NCBI GenBank assembly: GCA_963798085.1
Contig: CAWCRS010000003.1
Coordinates: 352,001-416,000 of the forward strand
DNA length: 64,000 bases
Reading direction: 5' to 3'
DNA from: an uncultured Gemmatimonadales bacterium
GTDB lineage: Bacteria > Gemmatimonadota > Gemmatimonadetes > Longimicrobiales > RSA9
How positions within the stretch are numbered: the first letter of the stretch is position 1; the number at the start of each line of letters is the position of its first letter. The notes under the pieces were generated by a model. It was not told where the DNA came from, did no database searches, and saw only the letters and a list, made by a program, of their open reading frames with translations. Shown in pieces: positions 60,296-64,000 of the stretch. Both the position numbers and the translations under genes were made by a program.

Positions 60296-61732
60296 ATGGA
60301 CGCGGGTGAGTTTCGCCGCGTGGGACACGAGGTGATCGATCGGCTCGCCGATTACCTGTCATCGCTGGACGACCGCAGGCTGTTTCCACAGGTAGCGCCG
60401 GCCGAGCTCGAGCAGCTGTTCCGGGAACCGTTGCCTCGAAACGGTATGCCGGCTGAGGATGTGCTGGGCCTGCTCAATGAGAAGCTGCTGCCCTACTGCT
60501 GCCATGTCGGGCATCCGGGCTATTTCGGCCTGATCACGCCCACCCCCAACCCGGTCGGCATTCTGGGCGATCTGATCGCATCCGCGCTCAACCAGAACGT
60601 CGGCGCCTGGACCATCGGACCCTCGGCGGTAGCGGTCGAACGGCAGACTGTGCGCTGGCTGACGGAGCTGATCGGCTGGGGCGATGGCGCCGGCGGCAAC
60701 CTCACGAGCGGCGGCATGATGGCGAACTTCATCGCGCTCAAGCTGGCGCGGGATGCCGTGTCTGGTGATGCGGCGCAGCATGATGGCGTGCAGGGTGGCT
60801 GGGCCGCTTATACGTCGGAAGAGCGACACGTCTCGGTCGACAAATCCGTTGATGCTGTGGGCCTCGGTCGCAAAGGCCTGCGTGTGCTGCCCACGGACGA
60901 GCGCTTCCGCCTTCGCATCGACGCACTGCAAGACGCCATTGCGGCGGACCGGCATCGCGGCATCCGGCCCATGTGCATCATTGCCATGGGTGGCAGCACG
61001 AACACGGGTGCGGTGGATCCACTGCGCGAGCTGCGGCGCATCGCCGACCGTGAGGGCGTGTGGCTGCATGTGGACGCGGCGTACGGCGGCGGCCTGCTGC
61101 TGTCGCGCCGGCATCCGGGCGTGCTGGACGGCATTGCGCTGGCGGATTCGGTGACAATCGACCCGCACAAGTGGTTCTACGCTCCGCTCGATGCGGGCGC
61201 GATCCTCGTGCGCGACGAGAAGCGGCTCACGGCCTCGTTCGGCATGGCGCCCGCCTATCTCACGGATCGCATGGATCCGGCGGGCGAGCGTTACAACTAC
61301 TACGTGCACGGCTTCGAGCAGTCGCGCCGGTTCCGCAGTCTCAAGGTGTGGATGAGCTTCAAGCGTTACGGCGCCGATGAGATCGGCAGCTGGATCGATG
61401 GCAATGTCGAACAGGCGATGCATCTGTACGAGCATGTTGCGGCCAGCACCGACTTCGCGGCGGCTTGTCCACCGGTGATGTCCGCCGTGTGCGTGCGGCG
61501 CGTGAGCGCGGGGTTCGATGAAGCGGCGTCCGCCAGACTGCACGCGGAAGTCGCGCGTCGCATCGAAGAGAGTGGTCGCTTCTGGATTTCGACCACATCA
61601 CTCAGGGGTCGGAGCTGGTTCCGCATCAACCCGGTCAACTTCAGGACCCGCAAGGAACACATCGATCAACTGCTCGCGCTGCTGCGCGAGGAGTGCGCCG
61701 CGTTCGAGGCGAGAGAAAGGAGCAGGGCATGA
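60296..61732 (+). CDS. Group II PLP-dependent amino acid decarboxylase
   Basis: HPGYFG, TSGGMMAN, GSTNTGAVDP, WLHVDAAYGG, DPHKW (PLP Lys), SRRFRSLKVW. Confidence 0.92.
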   Translation: MDAGEFRRVGHEVIDRLADYLSSLDDRRLFPQVAPAELEQLFREPLPRNGMPAEDVLGLLNEKLLPYCCHVGHPGYFGLITPTPNPVGILGDLIASALNQNVGAWTIGPSAVAVERQTVRWLTELIGWGDGAGGNLTSGGMMANFIALKLARDAVSGDAAQHDGVQGGWAAYTSEERHVSVDKSVDAVGLGRKGLRVLPTDERFRLRIDALQDAIAADRHRGIRPMCIIAMGGSTNTGAVDPLRELRRIADREGVWLHVDAAYGGGLLLSRRHPGVLDGIALADSVTIDPHKWFYAPLDAGAILVRDEKRLTASFGMAPAYLTDRMDPAGERYNYYVHGFEQSRRFRSLKVWMSFKRYGADEIGSWIDGNVEQAMHLYEHVAASTDFAAACPPVMSAVCVRRVSAGFDEAASARLHAEVARRIEESGRFWISTTSLRGRSWFRINPVNFRTRKEHIDQLLALLREECAAFEARERSRA

Positions 61733-62127
61733 GGTCGAGAGTACGCACGCGAGCACTGCTGGCCGCGTTTCTGTGCAGCGGGTTGCTGGCGTGCAGCAGC
61801 ACGGACCCGGGAGACCAGCCGGTGACGGTGAGCAACAAGTCGGACGACTTCAGTTTCCAGCTCAAGGACTCACCGGACTTCTCGGGCCAGTACCACTACC
61901 TCTGGACCAACACCGGCACGACTGCCGCTGTCAATGTCAGCCAGGCTCCCGCCTCCGGCATCGGCACGATCGAGATCCGCGATGCCGACAACGCGCTGGT
62001 CCACACGGGTGACCTCCTGACGACTGGAAATTCGAACACGAGCCCGGGCCGCGCTGGCACCTGGACGATCGACATCGTCTTCGTGCGCGCGGCCGGCGCA
62101 CTCAGCCTTACGGTCAGGAAGAGCTGA
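61729..62127 (+). CDS. Hypothetical lipoprotein
   Basis: AAGGAG RBS, ATGA overlap with the upstream stop, lipobox LLAC, beta-rich mature part. Confidence 0.75.
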   Translation: MRSRVRTRALLAAFLCSGLLACSSTDPGDQPVTVSNKSDDFSFQLKDSPDFSGQYHYLWTNTGTTAAVNVSQAPASGIGTIEIRDADNALVHTGDLLTTGNSNTSPGRAGTWTIDIVFVRAAGALSLTVRKS

Positions 62128-62192
62128 GCAGAGGCTGACCGGGCAAGATCATTGGGGTGGCGGCGCCCACGCCAGAACTCGGCTGTGCTTCG

Positions 62193-63221
62193 TCAGAAAA
62201 CGAACTCCGTCTGAAACAGCAGTCGGTTGCGCGCAGCCGAGAGCGCCGCGGAGGGCGTGCCCTGGTAGCCCGTGTGCTCCAGGTCGCCGAGCACACGCAC
62301 GTTGCTCCCCAGCTTGTACGAGACGCCGCCCATGAAGCGGGTGTAGGCATTGTCGTCGACAGCAGTGTTAGGATCTACGCCGTCCACACGTGCGATGACC
62401 GACCATGGCGACCCGGGCACGTTGAGCACACCCATCAGGCTGAATACGCGGCCGTCAATGTCGTCGAGATTGCGGTTGGTGTTGCCGTCCCTGGTAACCG
62501 CGAACTCGCCGGCGAGCGTGGCGCGTGTGGAGCGCCAGGAGAGCATCCCCAGCCAGCGGTCGCGGACACCGCCATCGCTGCGTTTGCCTGCGTGGCCGTA
62601 GCCGCTGAGGCGCAGCCCGCCTACCCTGCTCATGTCGTCGCTCGTGCTGAGGCGGACCGACCCGCGCGCCTCGAAATCGCGGTACCGGCCACCCGCCGGG
62701 TGCGCGTAGCCTTCGCCGTTGACCACCGTGAACTGCGCGTTCACTCGCTCATCGCTGGCGCGCAGATCGACACCTGCGCCCAGGTCCGCGGACGTCAGGT
62801 AGCCCGCCCGATCGGTGGCCATGCTTCCCTGCATGCGATAACCCCAGAACGCCTCCTCCCAGTCCAGCCAGGGCGTATGGATGGCGCCGAACTTCAGCGT
62901 GGCCGGACTGTTGGCGGGTGTCCAGGCGAAGTACGCGTACTTCAGCCTGTAGCCAAGCGAGCCGTCCGGATTGCGATAGATGTCCGCCGTCACGCGGGTG
63001 GCAATCCCGTGATCGAACTTGCCCAGCACGTTCAGGTAGGCGCGCGTCACCTCGAACTCGTTGCGGTGCGTCGCTGTGTCGGACAACAGCGCGCGGAACT
63101 CCGAATACACCACGCCGGTCAGCCGCACCGGGTTCTCCTGCGCGGCCGCCAGACCCCGCGCCGCCAGCAGCACCACGCACACGCCTGCCGCCCGCCGCGC
63201 CCAGCCTCTACCATGTCGCAT
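62193..63221 (-). CDS. Outer-membrane beta-barrel porin, probably phosphate-responsive
   Basis: Signal peptide, FEVTRAYLNV, YRLKYAYF, alternating beta-strands, C-terminal FQTEFVF; near pst genes. Confidence 0.75.
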   Translation of the reverse strand: MRHGRGWARRAAGVCVVLLAARGLAAAQENPVRLTGVVYSEFRALLSDTATHRNEFEVTRAYLNVLGKFDHGIATRVTADIYRNPDGSLGYRLKYAYFAWTPANSPATLKFGAIHTPWLDWEEAFWGYRMQGSMATDRAGYLTSADLGAGVDLRASDERVNAQFTVVNGEGYAHPAGGRYRDFEARGSVRLSTSDDMSRVGGLRLSGYGHAGKRSDGGVRDRWLGMLSWRSTRATLAGEFAVTRDGNTNRNLDDIDGRVFSLMGVLNVPGSPWSVIARVDGVDPNTAVDDNAYTRFMGGVSYKLGSNVRVLGDLEHTGYQGTPSAALSAARNRLLFQTEFVF

Positions 63222-63293
63222 TCCGTTACGCTCCCGTGATGCTGTAAGTGATGACGCGTGATAGTGTCCCCGTTGCGTAACTGCAAAGGCGGC

Positions 63294-63317
63294 AGCAGAG
63301 TCACGGATATGTAACGA
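63294..63317 (-). promoter_or_regulatory. Pho-box-like pair upstream of the porin
   Basis: Minus strand TCGTTACATAT-CCGTGACTCTG (GTTAC and GTGAC 11 bp apart). Confidence 0.5.
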
Positions 63318-63321
63318 GGAC

Positions 63322-63364
63322 TCGTTGCTGGGGCTGGTTGCTGAGGCTGGTTGCTCGGGAACGG
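63322..63364 (-). repeat. Family B solo unit
   Basis: Reverse complement CCGTTCCCGAGCAACCAGCCTCAGCAACCAGCCCCAGCAACG matches the 32790-33376 units. Confidence 0.75.
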
Positions 63365-63781
63365 ATGTCGCTGGGCCCATTCCACCGCACTGGATCAACC
63401 CTCGGTCCAGTGCCACGTGCGATCCGGTGCCGAGGGCTCGTCGAGCCAATCCGGCTGGGACTGTGCTCAGGGACTGACCGTATGGACACCCAGCGCGTGC
63501 GTCAGGCGCAGCAGAGCGAGCCCCGTGTCCACGTCACATGGCGCGCAGCTGGGGGGCGCACTAACAGTGTCTTGCGGTGTGTGTCTGTGTGCGTGCGCGC
63601 GGCATGAAACCACCGGTCACGAATGACCCGACAACAGCGCGACCCGGTATGCTTCCGGCGACTTCAGGCGATTCGTTGCTCCTGACAGATCATTCGTGTT
63701 CCATCTTCACCGCCGGACGCAAGTCGCGGCACCACGCCCATCATGGCCGGTGCACGATCGGGTGATGCCGTCCTCGTTTTT

Positions 63782-63975
63782 TTGTTGTTGACGTCGTCCC
63801 GGGCCGGTTCCACACACGCCTTCGAGACAGCGGATGAAAATCCCCGCATCCGCCCATTTCGTTGTCGTTGACGACATTCCGGAACCCATCCCACCGACAC
63901 GCCTCGACGACAGCGGATGGAACGCCATGATCCGTCCACGTCGTTGTCGTTGAACATCATTCCAGATCCATCCCC
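63782..63975. repeat. Imperfect tandem repeat of about 80-82 bp with an internal hairpin
   Basis: TCGTTGTCGTTGA at 63859 and 63941, degenerate copy at 63782; ACAGCGGATG...ATCCG in two units. Confidence 0.75.
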
Positions 63976-64000
63976 GCCGGGATGTCTCCGGCGCGCGCGT

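Noticed and set aside
1..64000. Many long overlapping or antisense ORFs in the six-frame track; rRNA, tRNA, IS and prophage genes
   Set aside because: The Arg/Ala/Pro-rich shadow ORFs are expected at high GC and lack motifs; no RNA gene, transposase, integrase or phage hallmark was recognised.

Overview
GC-rich bacterial chromosomal segment. The gene repertoire (TPR-fused Ser/Thr kinase, three duplicated orphan ABC permeases with an Acidobacteria-type PadR, many secreted peptidases and lipoproteins) suggests Gemmatimonadota or a similar lineage; this is an inference. About 40 genes are supported, including an SBP56/SELENBP1-type protein with a membrane partner, a two-subunit NAD-linked formate dehydrogenase, cyoE, ggt, rhodanese, M14/M19/M23/M28 peptidases, three Tat-signal NAD-dependent epimerase/SDR paralogs around a nucleotide-translocase-like MFS, a pilin-like gene, a truncated MprF, a HEPN-like ORF, two DUF2891 paralogs, a MalT-like regulator, pstC-pstA-pstS with Pho boxes, a PLP decarboxylase and a porin. 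Twelve frameshifts (11 of them +1) most likely reflect long-read errors. No rRNA, tRNA, CRISPR, transposase or phage genes were seen. The main unexplained signal is non-coding: a dispersed inverted-end element (about 12 copies or ends, six of 143-144 bp) with diverged but essentially gapless interiors carrying dyad-symmetric, roughly helically phased motifs, plus at least three other intergenic repeat families. Other notable items are the Tat-exported NAD-enzyme/translocase module, a stand-alone lipoprotein copy of the ADOP periplasmic domain, and a 51-aa gene joining a signal peptide to a receptor-like last beta-strand. All family assignments come from motif recognition; no database searches were run.
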